Origin: an uncultured virus (IMG/VR IMGVR_UViG_3300020472_000011)
Taxonomy: Duplodnaviria > Heunggongvirae > Uroviricota > Caudoviricetes
IMG/VR virus record: IMGVR_UViG_3300020472_000011
Span: 62,001-116,051 of that record
Direction: 5' to 3' (one strand)
DNA: 54,051 nucleotides
Of this stretch, positions 18,627 to 26,469 are shown piece after piece. Below the pieces are notes generated by a model. That model ran no database searches and was not told the DNA's origin. It saw only the letters and a list, made by a program, of their open reading frames with translations. Position numbers and translations under genes: made by a program. Position 1 is the stretch's first letter. The number at the start of each line of letters is the position of its first letter.

Positions 18627-18806
18627 TTAATAACTATGATTGAAATTATCATTATGATAATAACTATCATCATAATTCTTGAACTTAGTAACTTTCTTTT
18701 TCTTAATCCTCCTTACATTCTTTACATCTAAACCGTAATCGTCGAAGTCATTAACAAAATTATCCTTAAGTTTGGATGATTTGTTATGCTTACTGTGTCT
18801 TGCCAT
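18627..18806 (-). CDS. Small charged hypothetical protein (59 aa)
   Basis: Read manually: MARHSKHNKSSKLKDNFVNDFDDYGLDVKNVRRIKKKKVTKFK... Confidence 0.65.
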   Translation of the reverse strand: MARHSKHNKSSKLKDNFVNDFDDYGLDVKNVRRIKKKKVTKFKNYDDSYYHNDNFNHSY

Positions 18807-18826
18807 TGTTATTAACTAGCGATGGA

Positions 18827-19075
18827 CTATTTATTCTCAACTAGGACACCTGATCGTATGGATTGATTAACATATCGCCCCACAGATCCTCCCTCTAATA
18901 GTAACTCATGTGCTGTTAATACTTCACATAGTTTATTAGTGAATTCAGTGATATTTTGGCAGTTAAATACATATTCTTTGTCTATATTACTATTATATAC
19001 TATTTTCACAGTGTTGTCAAGGGTTTCGACTGATTTAATTGCAGTTGATGTGAATTTATCGTAAATAGTTGACAT
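18827..19075 (-). CDS. Hypothetical protein (weakly KTSC-like)
   Basis: STAIKSV...VKIVYNSN..KEYVF...GSVGRYVNQSIR. Confidence 0.7.
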   Translation of the reverse strand: MSTIYDKFTSTAIKSVETLDNTVKIVYNSNIDKEYVFNCQNITEFTNKLCEVLTAHELLLEGGSVGRYVNQSIRSGVLVENK

Positions 19076-19255
19076 TTTAGTGTGTTTGTGTTAGGTTAAA
19101 CTCGAAAAAACTCGAAAAATGGTTAAATGTTAAAAAATAGCTTTCTTAAACTTCTTAAAAGTCTTAAAAACCCATTTTTTCGTCTTTTTGTTTTCCACAG
19201 GGTTGTGAAAAACTCAAAAAGTCATAAAAGTGAACATCCTCCGAACTACTCTCTT

Positions 19256-19313
19256 ATTATAATGGGTCTTCGTGTCTTTTCGAGGTCTTTTGTGCCACTT
19301 TGAGGACTGTCAC
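19256..19313 (-). promoter_or_regulatory. Early promoter cassette
   Basis: attata 19256-19261; gtgccactttgaggactgtcac 19292-19313. Confidence 0.75.
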
Positions 19314-19321
19314 AAGGTGAC

Positions 19322-19350
19322 TTGACATTCGGTAGGTGGCGGCCTAAGAC
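19322..19350 (+). promoter_or_regulatory. Possible plus-strand sigma70 promoter
   Basis: TTGACA-17 nt-TAAGAC; no plus-strand ORF follows. Confidence 0.4.
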
Positions 19351-19470
19351 AACATCATGAGAGCACGTTACTTATATTTTTTAATACATTTTAAATGTTT
19401 TCCACAATACCTCAAAAACCTGTGGAAAACTCAGTGATACCAATGTGCGGATGTACATAGAACAACTGTA

Positions 19471-19656
19471 CTATTCCTGTAGTTCATCCAAACGATATTG
19501 CCTACGTCCATGACGTGTGTTATACTGTCTATCGAGTATTAATTTAATATCTCTGAGTGATGCTGACAGTAATGCTCCATCTGCATTATCTTCAAATAAA
19601 TCCTCCAAGTGTGCTATGTGTTCTAGTGCAAATAACACTTTAGTTTGATTGTTCAT
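19471..19656 (-). CDS. Hypothetical protein
   Basis: MNNQTKVLFALEHIAHLEDLFEDN. Confidence 0.7.
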   Translation of the reverse strand: MNNQTKVLFALEHIAHLEDLFEDNADGALLSASLRDIKLILDRQYNTRHGRRQYRLDELQE

Positions 19657-19658
19657 CT

Positions 19659-19820
19659 TCAACGTAGTTTACCTCTTACTAATTGTATTTGTATTGGTTC
19701 ATTTAATCTATCCAATACTGATTGTACTGTGTATGCAGTGAATACTTGTGGTGCTATGAATGCTAACATTGCTACTATCCAGAACATGTAGTAGTAATTC
19801 TCTTTGTTTTGTGTTCTCAT
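19659..19820 (-). CDS. Small membrane protein (53 aa)
   Basis: Read manually: MRTQNKENYYYMFWIVAMLAFIAPQVFTAY; ATGA coupled. Confidence 0.7.
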   Translation of the reverse strand: MRTQNKENYYYMFWIVAMLAFIAPQVFTAYTVQSVLDRLNEPIQIQLVRGKLR

Positions 19821-20074
19821 TGTGGATAATTGGGTGGCATAGGTGTGTGTCTTTCAACTAAATCTTGAGCACCTGTTTCATATTCAGGTGTAAATGCATG
19901 ACGTGATTGATATTCAGCATTTATTTGTTGTCTAGCATTAGGACGTGATTGTAATGCACGTCTTAAATCATTTAACTCTTCATTTAATACATCATCAGTG
20001 ACAGTATACTGTTCACAATTAACTAATTGAATGAGTATGTTGAGTTGTTTGTCTGTTAATCGAATTGATTTCAT
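19817..20074 (-). CDS. Hypothetical protein
   Basis: 85 aa, ATGA coupling on both sides. Confidence 0.7.
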   Translation of the reverse strand: MKSIRLTDKQLNILIQLVNCEQYTVTDDVLNEELNDLRRALQSRPNARQQINAEYQSRHAFTPEYETGAQDLVERHTPMPPNYPQ

Positions 20075-20640
20075 CGTCTGAATGTAAGATTGAATGATAG
20101 TGATACACGTTGGTGGTTTGTTTCATTTATACGTGTACCATGCATTAAGAATGAGGGCCATAATAACAATTTACCTTTAGTTGGTGTGACTTGTCGTGCC
20201 ATATCTAAATGTGCAATGATATAATTATTCTCACTCACGTAATGGGGTGAATGAAAATATATATTACCATCCTTAGAGTTGGTACTTATATAATACACCC
20301 CTGAGATATCACTGCCACCATGACTGTGCAGGTGAGCATACTGTCCATTTGTAGTTGACGTGTACCAAGATGCAGTAATATAATAATCATCTATGTGTTT
20401 GATACCAATTTCTTGGAGGTACTTATGTACATGTGATTTAAGAAATGATTGAAACACATGTGAGTTATCTAATACATTAGACTCAAATGGATGAGGTGTG
20501 AGGTGATGTGTATCAGCACTCCAACCTTCACGATGGGCAAACTCACTCAATGGAAGATCATTGTTCAAGTCTTTCCTTTCTTTTATTGTCTCACATTCGT
20601 ATTCATATAATGGGAGAGGAAACCATTGACCAGTTGTCAT
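20071..20640 (-). CDS. Putative 2OG-Fe(II) oxygenase (TIGR02466-like)
   Basis: SW...HLHSH..SDISGVYY...GKLLLWPSFLMHG...RVSLSFN. Confidence 0.85.
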   Translation of the reverse strand: MTTGQWFPLPLYEYECETIKERKDLNNDLPLSEFAHREGWSADTHHLTPHPFESNVLDNSHVFQSFLKSHVHKYLQEIGIKHIDDYYITASWYTSTTNGQYAHLHSHGGSDISGVYYISTNSKDGNIYFHSPHYVSENNYIIAHLDMARQVTPTKGKLLLWPSFLMHGTRINETNHQRVSLSFNLTFRR

Positions 20641-21168
20641 AATTTTAAATTGTGTAGTTTACGATCAAATCCAATATTACCTGCTAATACTATTCTATTC
20701 AAACATTTATTCATAGGGACGTGATGCATAATACATGCAGGAAATACTACTATTTTACCTGCTACTGCATCAATCTCTGTATTACTTGTAGATAATACTA
20801 GTGGTGATGATCCTTCGGGTGTATTCACAAAATATACCCAACCCCATGCATTTGGATGATGACAGTGTTTTCTAGCATACTCATCATGATCATACTTAGA
20901 GAACCACGTATCAATATGACTCCACCACATGTCTTTCCAATATTGTTCATCAATACCAGGAAATGATATGATGGCATCCTTCACATAGTTCTGAATGATA
21001 GTAATATTTGGTGAGTATGTTTGCCACGCTGAGTGCTTGGCCATGACATTTGTTTTATATGACATGCTATACTCAACATCTTCAGCATCACGCATAAGTC
21101 TTTTATTTAATGTCTTATGATGTGGTACTGTTGATATTATGATATCATGTTGTTCAGTAACGATCATG
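20637..21168 (-). CDS. Putative 2OG-Fe(II) oxygenase
   Basis: WFSKY...YARKHCH..WGWVYFV...GKIVVFPACIMHHV...RIVLAGN; start uncertain (track gives 21215). Confidence 0.8.
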
Positions 21169-21360
21169 GGTGAACTCGTAGTCAGGTTTCTCGTATTCAA
21201 TTGCAATTGATTCAAATATTGTCATCAATGCCTTTGAATACATTCTGTACCCACTACCAACATACAGTTGACCTAGTAGGACAGATACAGTTGCTGAACT
21301 CCAGAAGAAGTAATACCATTTACTTTTCATTTGAGCACGTATCTTTGTCTTGTCTAACAT
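21154..21360 (-). CDS. Small membrane protein
   Basis: KSKWYYFFWSSATVSVLLGQLYVGSGYR; start moved downstream of the promoter. Confidence 0.7.
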   Translation of the reverse strand: MLDKTKIRAQMKSKWYYFFWSSATVSVLLGQLYVGSGYRMYSKALMTIFESIAIEYEKPDYEFTHDRY

Positions 21361-21381
21361 AATATTGTAGTATTTCATTCC

Positions 21382-21416
21382 ATTATAAAACCCCTGACAG
21401 TATTTGTCAAGGGTTT
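21382..21416 (-). promoter_or_regulatory. Consensus sigma70 promoter embedded in a stem-loop
   Basis: Minus strand TTGACA (21405-21410)-17 nt-TATAAT (21382-21387), inside the inverted repeat aaacccctgaca-gtatt-tgtcaagggttt. Confidence 0.85.
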
Positions 21417-21432
21417 GTTGTGATATTTAATT

Positions 21433-21597
21433 TTAGCGTGGCAGTAAACTTTTACATATTCGTTTATCGCCGTGATTCATCTCTTCATCGATAACACAGT
21501 CGTAATAGTCATTTAGTTGAATGAGTTGATCCTGTGTATTATCTGACTCAATGTGATTCCAACTTGCTAATTGATTCTGAGAGATGAGATTATGCAT
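21433..21597 (-). CDS. Small Cys-containing hypothetical protein (54 aa)
   Basis: Read manually: MHNLISQNQLASWNH...NDYYDCVIDEE...KRICKSLLPR; GAGGT ribosome-binding site. Confidence 0.75.
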   Translation of the reverse strand: MHNLISQNQLASWNHIESDNTQDQLIQLNDYYDCVIDEEMNHGDKRICKSLLPR

Positions 21598-21722
21598 ATA
21601 CTACCTCGTAAGTGAATTAAAAACATAACAAAGTGACTTTGGGTGCATTCTGTTTTCCTAATTCTACCACTATTTATGTGGAATGTGTGACAATTCTCTC
21701 TGTATGTAACAAGAATTTATGC

Positions 21723-21884
21723 CTATTTCTCCTCTAAGATATAATCAATACAGTTTGGGTGTTCATGAATATATGGGACATCCTCAATTGCTTCAGATCT
21801 TGCTTCGTATGAGTCTTTTGCATACTCACATACTTCATGTGTATGCATTTCATAGTCATGATAACCAACAACGTAATGTGACAT
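21723..21884 (-). CDS. Small His-rich hypothetical protein (53 aa)
   Basis: Read manually: MSHYVVGYHDYEMHTHEVCEYAKDSYEARSEAIEDVPYIHEHPNCIDYILEEK; ATAAATA at 21907-21913 upstream. Confidence 0.75.
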   Translation of the reverse strand: MSHYVVGYHDYEMHTHEVCEYAKDSYEARSEAIEDVPYIHEHPNCIDYILEEK

Positions 21885-22031
21885 TGTAATATCTCGTGGT
21901 ATAATATATTTATTTGTTTCGTTTATCTTTCTTCACTGATTCTTCTGCTAGTGTTTCGATGAGCAGATATAACCAGATGCCACCCAACACCATGATAATG
22001 AATAATCTTATATTCTCAGCGTTGATGACTA

Positions 22032-22196
22032 TCATGGTATGTCATGCTGTTTCTTCCAAGCAGCATACATTTTACCATAAATCATGCCTTCATGCGATTT
22101 GAGAGGTGATCCTTCAAGAATCTCCCTCTCTCGCTCGTTAATCACATTAAATGCATCTGAGAGATATTCTCTCTCCCAACCATTTACTTCAGTCAT
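22032..22196 (-). CDS. Small hypothetical protein (54 aa)
   Basis: Read manually: MTEVNGWEREYL...LKSHEGMIYGKMYAAWKK. Confidence 0.65.
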   Translation of the reverse strand: MTEVNGWEREYLSDAFNVINEREREILEGSPLKSHEGMIYGKMYAAWKKQHDIP

Positions 22197-22315
22197 GTGT
22201 CTGTTTATTGCAAAGTTTGTTAATCATTTCAATCTCTGCTAGAATACGTTGTGCTAGTTCATCATCATGATTGGCTTGTGCCTCACAGTATTGTAGAACC
22301 AGATCTCTCATGGTG

Positions 22316-22570
22316 TCATCCATTTGAGATAGATTCATAGAGTTCAGTGAGCTCATTTGCGTTATAAAAATGAGTGGACTCGTTTATGTATAAGTCGGGA
22401 TTCATCCACTCAATGTATTCATTAGCAAAATCTATGGCATCATCGTGACGTTCTTCCTTAATTAATTGAAAGAATCGATCTTCAACCCAGTCACAGATTG
22501 CATCCCTCTGTTGAGAGATGCGTAGTGCGTCAATGTTATTCATCAGAGTCATGCCTATATGCTGGAACAC
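22316..22570 (-). CDS. Hypothetical protein
   Basis: ORF track; true start probably an internal Met. Confidence 0.7.
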   Translation of the reverse strand: MFQHIGMTLMNNIDALRISQQRDAICDWVEDRFFQLIKEERHDDAIDFANEYIEWMNPDLYINESTHFYNANELTELYESISNG

Positions 22571-22769
22571 CTGCTGGATCTAACCATTTGGTGTACTCTA
22601 CATCTTCTAAGCATGCATCTAATTGCATTGCATTGTCCAGATAATACATGTCATTGTATCGTCTAGTGTACTCATTAAATTTCTGAATACGATAGTCTGG
22701 TTTACCATTGATTTCAAGTGTACCGTCTTGTACGTATCGATACGGAAATCTCTCTAGTATAATGTCCAT
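22536..22769 (-). CDS. Conserved cyanophage hypothetical protein
   Basis: ERFPYRYVQDGTLEINGKPDYRIQK...YTKWLDP. Confidence 0.8.
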   Translation of the reverse strand: MDIILERFPYRYVQDGTLEINGKPDYRIQKFNEYTRRYNDMYYLDNAMQLDACLEDVEYTKWLDPAGVPAYRHDSDE

Positions 22770-23065
22770 TACACACGCTCCAATGATAGTTTATTATTCA
22801 AATGATCATACTCAACAAGGCGTAAACCCTGTGGTATCAAGGACTCTACTGCTTTAACAAACTCAAGAGTGAAACGAGATTGATAAGTCCAAAATGCTCT
22901 GTAATCTCTAGACTCAGGATCAGCGTTAGTATTAAGGCGAACGGTAAATGCAGAACGTTCGTTGTCCGTATTAATAGGAGAGAGTAATTCTTTAACATGA
23001 GATACTACCAGTGGTGATAGGCGTTGTGCTTTAAGTTGTTGATTGTAGAACTTTTTTGATGACAT
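22769..23065 (-). CDS. Hypothetical protein
   Basis: 98 aa, own promoter upstream, TAATG coupling downstream. Confidence 0.75.
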   Translation of the reverse strand: MSSKKFYNQQLKAQRLSPLVVSHVKELLSPINTDNERSAFTVRLNTNADPESRDYRAFWTYQSRFTLEFVKAVESLIPQGLRLVEYDHLNNKLSLERV

Positions 23066-23086
23066 AATGATAAAAGTACTGAGTGT

Positions 23087-23115
23087 AGTGTAACAGAGAA
23101 TGGGACGAAAGTCAA
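23087..23115 (-). promoter_or_regulatory. sigma70-type promoter
   Basis: Minus strand TTGACT-17 nt-TACACT. Confidence 0.7.
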
Positions 23116-23118
23116 GGA

Positions 23119-23517
23119 CTATCTCATGTAGAGATAGCCACCTGACCAGTCTGCCCTTGCTAATGCTGTTTGATATGATGCTTCATCTAACAAATTATAT
23201 CTAGCATACTTTGCTGGTCCTTGCCAACCTGCTGGTTTGTATACTTCACCTGTCTTTTTATCTACAAATGCATGTACACCACCGTCACGATACTCATTTC
23301 TATTTTGGAATGTATCATAGTCCTGTTGAATTAGTTTGTAATACTTGCGACCACTCTGTATTCTAAACTTCATTAGTTTAGCAGTACCGTTGTCAATCTC
23401 TGCAAGTTGTCTTAAACTATAATCAGATGGATTTCTGATGTAAGTTTGTCTTGAATAATCTTTGTAGTCATTCTCAAGAGCATTTACTAGGTCTTGAGTT
23501 CTTTCTGCTACGGTCAT
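23119..23517 (-). CDS. Conserved T4-like phage early hypothetical protein
   Basis: GRKYYKL...VHAFVDKKTGEVYKPAGWQGPAK...ADWSGGYLY; start placed downstream of the promoter. Confidence 0.8.
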   Translation of the reverse strand: MTVAERTQDLVNALENDYKDYSRQTYIRNPSDYSLRQLAEIDNGTAKLMKFRIQSGRKYYKLIQQDYDTFQNRNEYRDGGVHAFVDKKTGEVYKPAGWQGPAKYARYNLLDEASYQTALARADWSGGYLYMR

Positions 23518-23544
23518 GGTAGTGTTCCTTTGGTTGATGTACTT

Positions 23545-23601
23545 ATTATAGTGCATACGAAAGCGGATGCAATAGAATGTGGACACTCTCTTGAGTGTCA
23601 C
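23545..23601 (-). promoter_or_regulatory. Early promoter cassette
   Basis: attata 23545-23550; gacactc-tctt-gagtgtc palindrome within 23579-23601. Confidence 0.75.
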
Positions 23602-23793
23602 AGTCTTTCTACTTCATCCCAGTATGACCTGTATATTAATATATTAACTTGACCTACACCATTACGCTTATTCTTATCTTCCCACTCTCGAACGCACAAC
23701 GTAAAGTATGCTGTGTCTATAAATGTGATGAACCCTTCATCATCATTGAATCTAACACGATCACCGACCGCAAAAGGAAACTTCTTTGGCATT
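23598..23793 (-). CDS. Small SH3-like hypothetical protein
   Basis: MPKKFPFAVGDRVRFNDDEGFITFIDTAYFTLCV; start approximate. Confidence 0.65.
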
Positions 23794-23794
23794 G

Positions 23795-24013
23795 TTATAA
23801 AGCAAACTTGCTTATAGAAATACACGTCATGAATGATAGCATAATAACCACATCCCATCCTTTAGTACGAATGAAGTATGGTATGCTGATAACATCAGCA
23901 AATGCATGTAATACTGTACCAGTAATCACATTGACATGTAGTATAACAAAGTAAGAGACTACTATCAGCACAGACCCAATGATCCTACTGATAGTATCCG
24001 CTTTCAAATTCAT
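23795..24013 (-). CDS. Small multi-pass membrane protein
   Basis: Three hydrophobic segments, ISIPYFIRTKGWDVVIM. Confidence 0.75.
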   Translation of the reverse strand: MNLKADTISRIIGSVLIVVSYFVILHVNVITGTVLHAFADVISIPYFIRTKGWDVVIMLSFMTCISISKFAL

Positions 24014-24276
24014 TAATCTACCTCATATTCAAAATAGATGCCATGATATGTGTTAAATGTATCAATATCAAGGAATTCTCCGTCTTGATATTTCATACAT
24101 GGTTCACCTTCAGGAGCAACGATAAACTCTTCACAAAAGTATTCTACTGATACACCTAAGTCATCAGCAGCACCAATGAGTTCATCAGTTTGCTCTTCAT
24201 TACAACCAATAACATGTTTGCAGTATGAAATGTTATTAGTGAAGTCTTGAATCAATTCGTTCATAGTAAGTTCCAT
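24013..24276 (-). CDS. Acidic hypothetical protein
   Basis: LGVSVEYFCEEF motif. Confidence 0.7.
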   Translation of the reverse strand: MELTMNELIQDFTNNISYCKHVIGCNEEQTDELIGAADDLGVSVEYFCEEFIVAPEGEPCMKYQDGEFLDIDTFNTYHGIYFEYEVD

Positions 24277-24419
24277 GCTAATTTGGGTACAGATTCATCA
24301 CAGTGAGCACATGATAGTGCAGACCACGCAAAGTGGTATACTCTTGATGGTTGATCACAACAAGGGCAGATAATAATCTTCCCATTTGATGTGCTTCTTG
24401 TTTTTGAAGTGACTTTCAT
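24261..24419 (-). CDS. Small zinc-ribbon protein
   Basis: ICPCC...VYHFAWSALSCAHC; start MKVTSKTR lies downstream of the promoter. Confidence 0.7.
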   Translation of the reverse strand: MKVTSKTRSTSNGKIIICPCCDQPSRVYHFAWSALSCAHCDESVPKLAWNLL

Positions 24420-24441
24420 TGGGTGACTTGTTGATGTACCT

Positions 24442-24498
24442 AGTATAGTACAGATCAGACCATTGTCACTCAAATTGAAACAGTTTGTTAACTGTCAC
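24442..24498 (-). promoter_or_regulatory. Early promoter cassette
   Basis: agtata (TATACT) 24442-24447; acagtt-tgtt-aactgt 24480-24495. Confidence 0.75.
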
Positions 24499-24499
24499 A

Positions 24500-24853
24500 C
24501 TAGAGGCTGCTACCCCTGTGGAATTTTGCTATATCTGACATAGTAATGTTAGCAGCATAACTATATTGCTTTTGCTCTGCTTTACCAGGTATAGTGGTTG
24601 GAGTGTACTCATAACCTTCTTCAGGTGATGGTGTCCAATCAGGTTTCTGATTCCACTCATTCCAATCCTCCTCATTTAATAGGACTGTCTTGGGTGCTTT
24701 GCCACTCATCTTAGCAGCATCATCAGCATGTTGTTGGTGATATGATTGTAGTCTCTCTAATTCTGAGTCTAGATCAGCATGAAACTCATCAACAGATGCA
24801 TCATCAAGATACATTTGTATTGCTTCTGCTAACATCGTTCTTCTACTTTTCAT
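24500..24853 (-). CDS. Hypothetical protein
   Basis: MKSRRTMLAEAIQMYLDD; ATGA coupled to the upstream gene. Confidence 0.7.
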   Translation of the reverse strand: MKSRRTMLAEAIQMYLDDASVDEFHADLDSELERLQSYHQQHADDAAKMSGKAPKTVLLNEEDWNEWNQKPDWTPSPEEGYEYTPTTIPGKAEQKQYSYAANITMSDIAKFHRGSSL

Positions 24854-25050
24854 ACTGGTCTCCGTAAGGTCGTTAAGTATTCTAATACATGTGCTCTTAC
24901 TTCCATCAGTTCGTTGAAACACTTCTGATTATGAGCACAACCACGTAACTGGTTATCAGGTTTGTGTACTGATTCTATGTATAAATCCAGTCCACGATTC
25001 CATTTCTGGTCATGTGATTCATGGTCATCAATGGTCTTTTGATCTTTCAT
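24850..25050 (-). CDS. Conserved cyanophage hypothetical protein
   Basis: KWNRGLDLYIESVHKPDNQLRGCAHNQKCFNELM. Confidence 0.8.
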   Translation of the reverse strand: MKDQKTIDDHESHDQKWNRGLDLYIESVHKPDNQLRGCAHNQKCFNELMEVRAHVLEYLTTLRRPV

Positions 25051-25826
25051 AAGAACTTCTTAAGTGGTGTGTGACGTTTAATACGATCATTTGCCATCTT
25101 AACATACTCTTCGTGAATTTCAATACCAATATACTTTCTGTCATGATCTAGACATGATATCGCAGTAGTACCTGACCCCATGAATGGGTCTAGAACTACA
25201 TCATTCACAAATGAATAGTATTGTACAATCTTATCTGATAGTTCTTTAGGGTATGGTGCTAGATGCTTTGATGTAGTCTCAGGATTAAACTGCCATACAT
25301 TTGATCTTTCATAACCATCAGCAACTAATGATTGTTCTAATATATCAGGAGCATAGGAACGCACTGTCTTATCTATAAGAAATGGTGCAGGTTTCTTGAA
25401 TATTAATATAGTCTCTGTAACAAGGTTTGGTTTATATGCTACTGGTTTACGATGCTGATAGAATCCACCGTTACGATTAACAGCAGATCCTTCTGGTTTC
25501 AACCATATAATATCATCAATGTATTGCCATCCCAATCTCTCCATAATACTAAAGAAGTGGAATGGTATCGCAAGTCTCTTACTTTCATGTGCTCTTGACT
25601 CACGTGCTTGTATTACTGGTGATAAATTAACAGCACACATCCTTCCTTGTACTGTGACTCTGTGAACTTCACGGAATATATCCTCAAGGAATTGTAGATA
25701 CTTATCATATGTTGGCCACTGTGCGTATGCCTTTGCATTAAAATATGGAGGAGATGTACACGTAAGGTGTATACTATCTCCATCCATCTCAGTTAAATGA
25801 TTTAATGCATCATCATGTATGATCAT
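25047..25826 (-). CDS. DNA methyltransferase, N4-C/N6-A, beta class
   Basis: Catalytic TSPPY near the N-terminus, SAM-binding VLDPFMGSGTT near the C-terminus. Confidence 0.92.
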   Translation of the reverse strand: MIIHDDALNHLTEMDGDSIHLTCTSPPYFNAKAYAQWPTYDKYLQFLEDIFREVHRVTVQGRMCAVNLSPVIQARESRAHESKRLAIPFHFFSIMERLGWQYIDDIIWLKPEGSAVNRNGGFYQHRKPVAYKPNLVTETILIFKKPAPFLIDKTVRSYAPDILEQSLVADGYERSNVWQFNPETTSKHLAPYPKELSDKIVQYYSFVNDVVLDPFMGSGTTAISCLDHDRKYIGIEIHEEYVKMANDRIKRHTPLKKFL

Positions 25827-26242
25827 CCAATGCTCCTCGATGATGATTTGTTACTGTTGCAGTCTCCATTTAATATTGATTTACGTCCATGACATAGTTT
25901 ACAGTATGTCTTGACATTACTAGGAACATTATTATGATGATCACCATCTAAATGGTCTAGGTCAAGACTAGTCTCAAATCCTACAAATGTGGATACAGGA
26001 CATGTCCATCCTAGATGACCATCGTTGTTTTCGCAATAGTTCTTTTTATGTCTTGTAACATTAGGTCTATCAACTCCTTTCTTACGTGCAGTGGCACAAC
26101 TAGAACATTCTGATTTGAATGACCAGTACTTCCACTCTCTTACCTGTACATTATTATTACAACCATCATTGACACATGTAGGGAGTGTGTGTCCTTCAGA
26201 AAAGAATCTTGCTTTTTGTTGTTGTGATACTGTAGAAGGCAT
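25823..26242 (-). CDS. HNH endonuclease-like protein with Cys pairs
   Basis: LDLDHLDGDHHNNVPSNVKTYCKLCH motif; N-terminal CxxxxC and CxxC. Confidence 0.8.
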   Translation of the reverse strand: MPSTVSQQQKARFFSEGHTLPTCVNDGCNNNVQVREWKYWSFKSECSSCATARKKGVDRPNVTRHKKNYCENNDGHLGWTCPVSTFVGFETSLDLDHLDGDHHNNVPSNVKTYCKLCHGRKSILNGDCNSNKSSSRSIG

Positions 26243-26261
26243 CGTTTAAAATATAATGGGG

Positions 26262-26466
26262 TGTTGAGAGAAACGTGGGGCAATGATCTAGGTTTCACCC
26301 AGTTGCCCAAATTTACCCTATGGGAATCGCTTACACCTGAACCCCCACCACTTTCAACCATCTGTCATGTGCAGTAATAGGTTTCTACCAACGGTCATGT
26401 GTCTGCTTCTAAGTCAGACTAGTCAGTAGGTTTGGGGCATAGGAACCACATCAGTTCCTCTCAACA
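26262..26466 (-). ncRNA. Candidate ~205-nt structured non-coding RNA
   Basis: 13-bp terminal stem UGUUGAGAGGAAC/GUUUCUCUCAACA, several internal hairpins, TATACT immediately upstream. Confidence 0.6.
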
Positions 26467-26469
26467 TTC

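Larger units (their letters stand above)
19090..19430. other. Candidate replication origin / DNA-architecture locus
   Basis: Non-coding gap of ~390 bp with A-tracts about every 10 bp, inverted TTTTCCACA pairs, divergent promoters and an AT-rich stretch. Confidence 0.4.

Noticed and set aside
15940..19320. Recurring palindromic repeats as a CRISPR array or integron attC cassettes
   Set aside because: The repeats are degenerate, irregularly spaced, separated by whole genes and tied to TATAAT; no cas or integrase gene is in the window.
26140..26361. 73-aa ORF overlapping the HNH start and the structured region
   Set aside because: It overlaps the HNH gene out of frame and has no motif; base-pairing explains the sequence better.
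26262..26466. Group I intron, hammerhead, RNase P or tRNA identity for the structured region
   Set aside because: No P/Q/R/S set, CUGAUGA-GAAA core, GAGGAAAGUCC or cloverleaf found by eye, and both flanking genes are intact.
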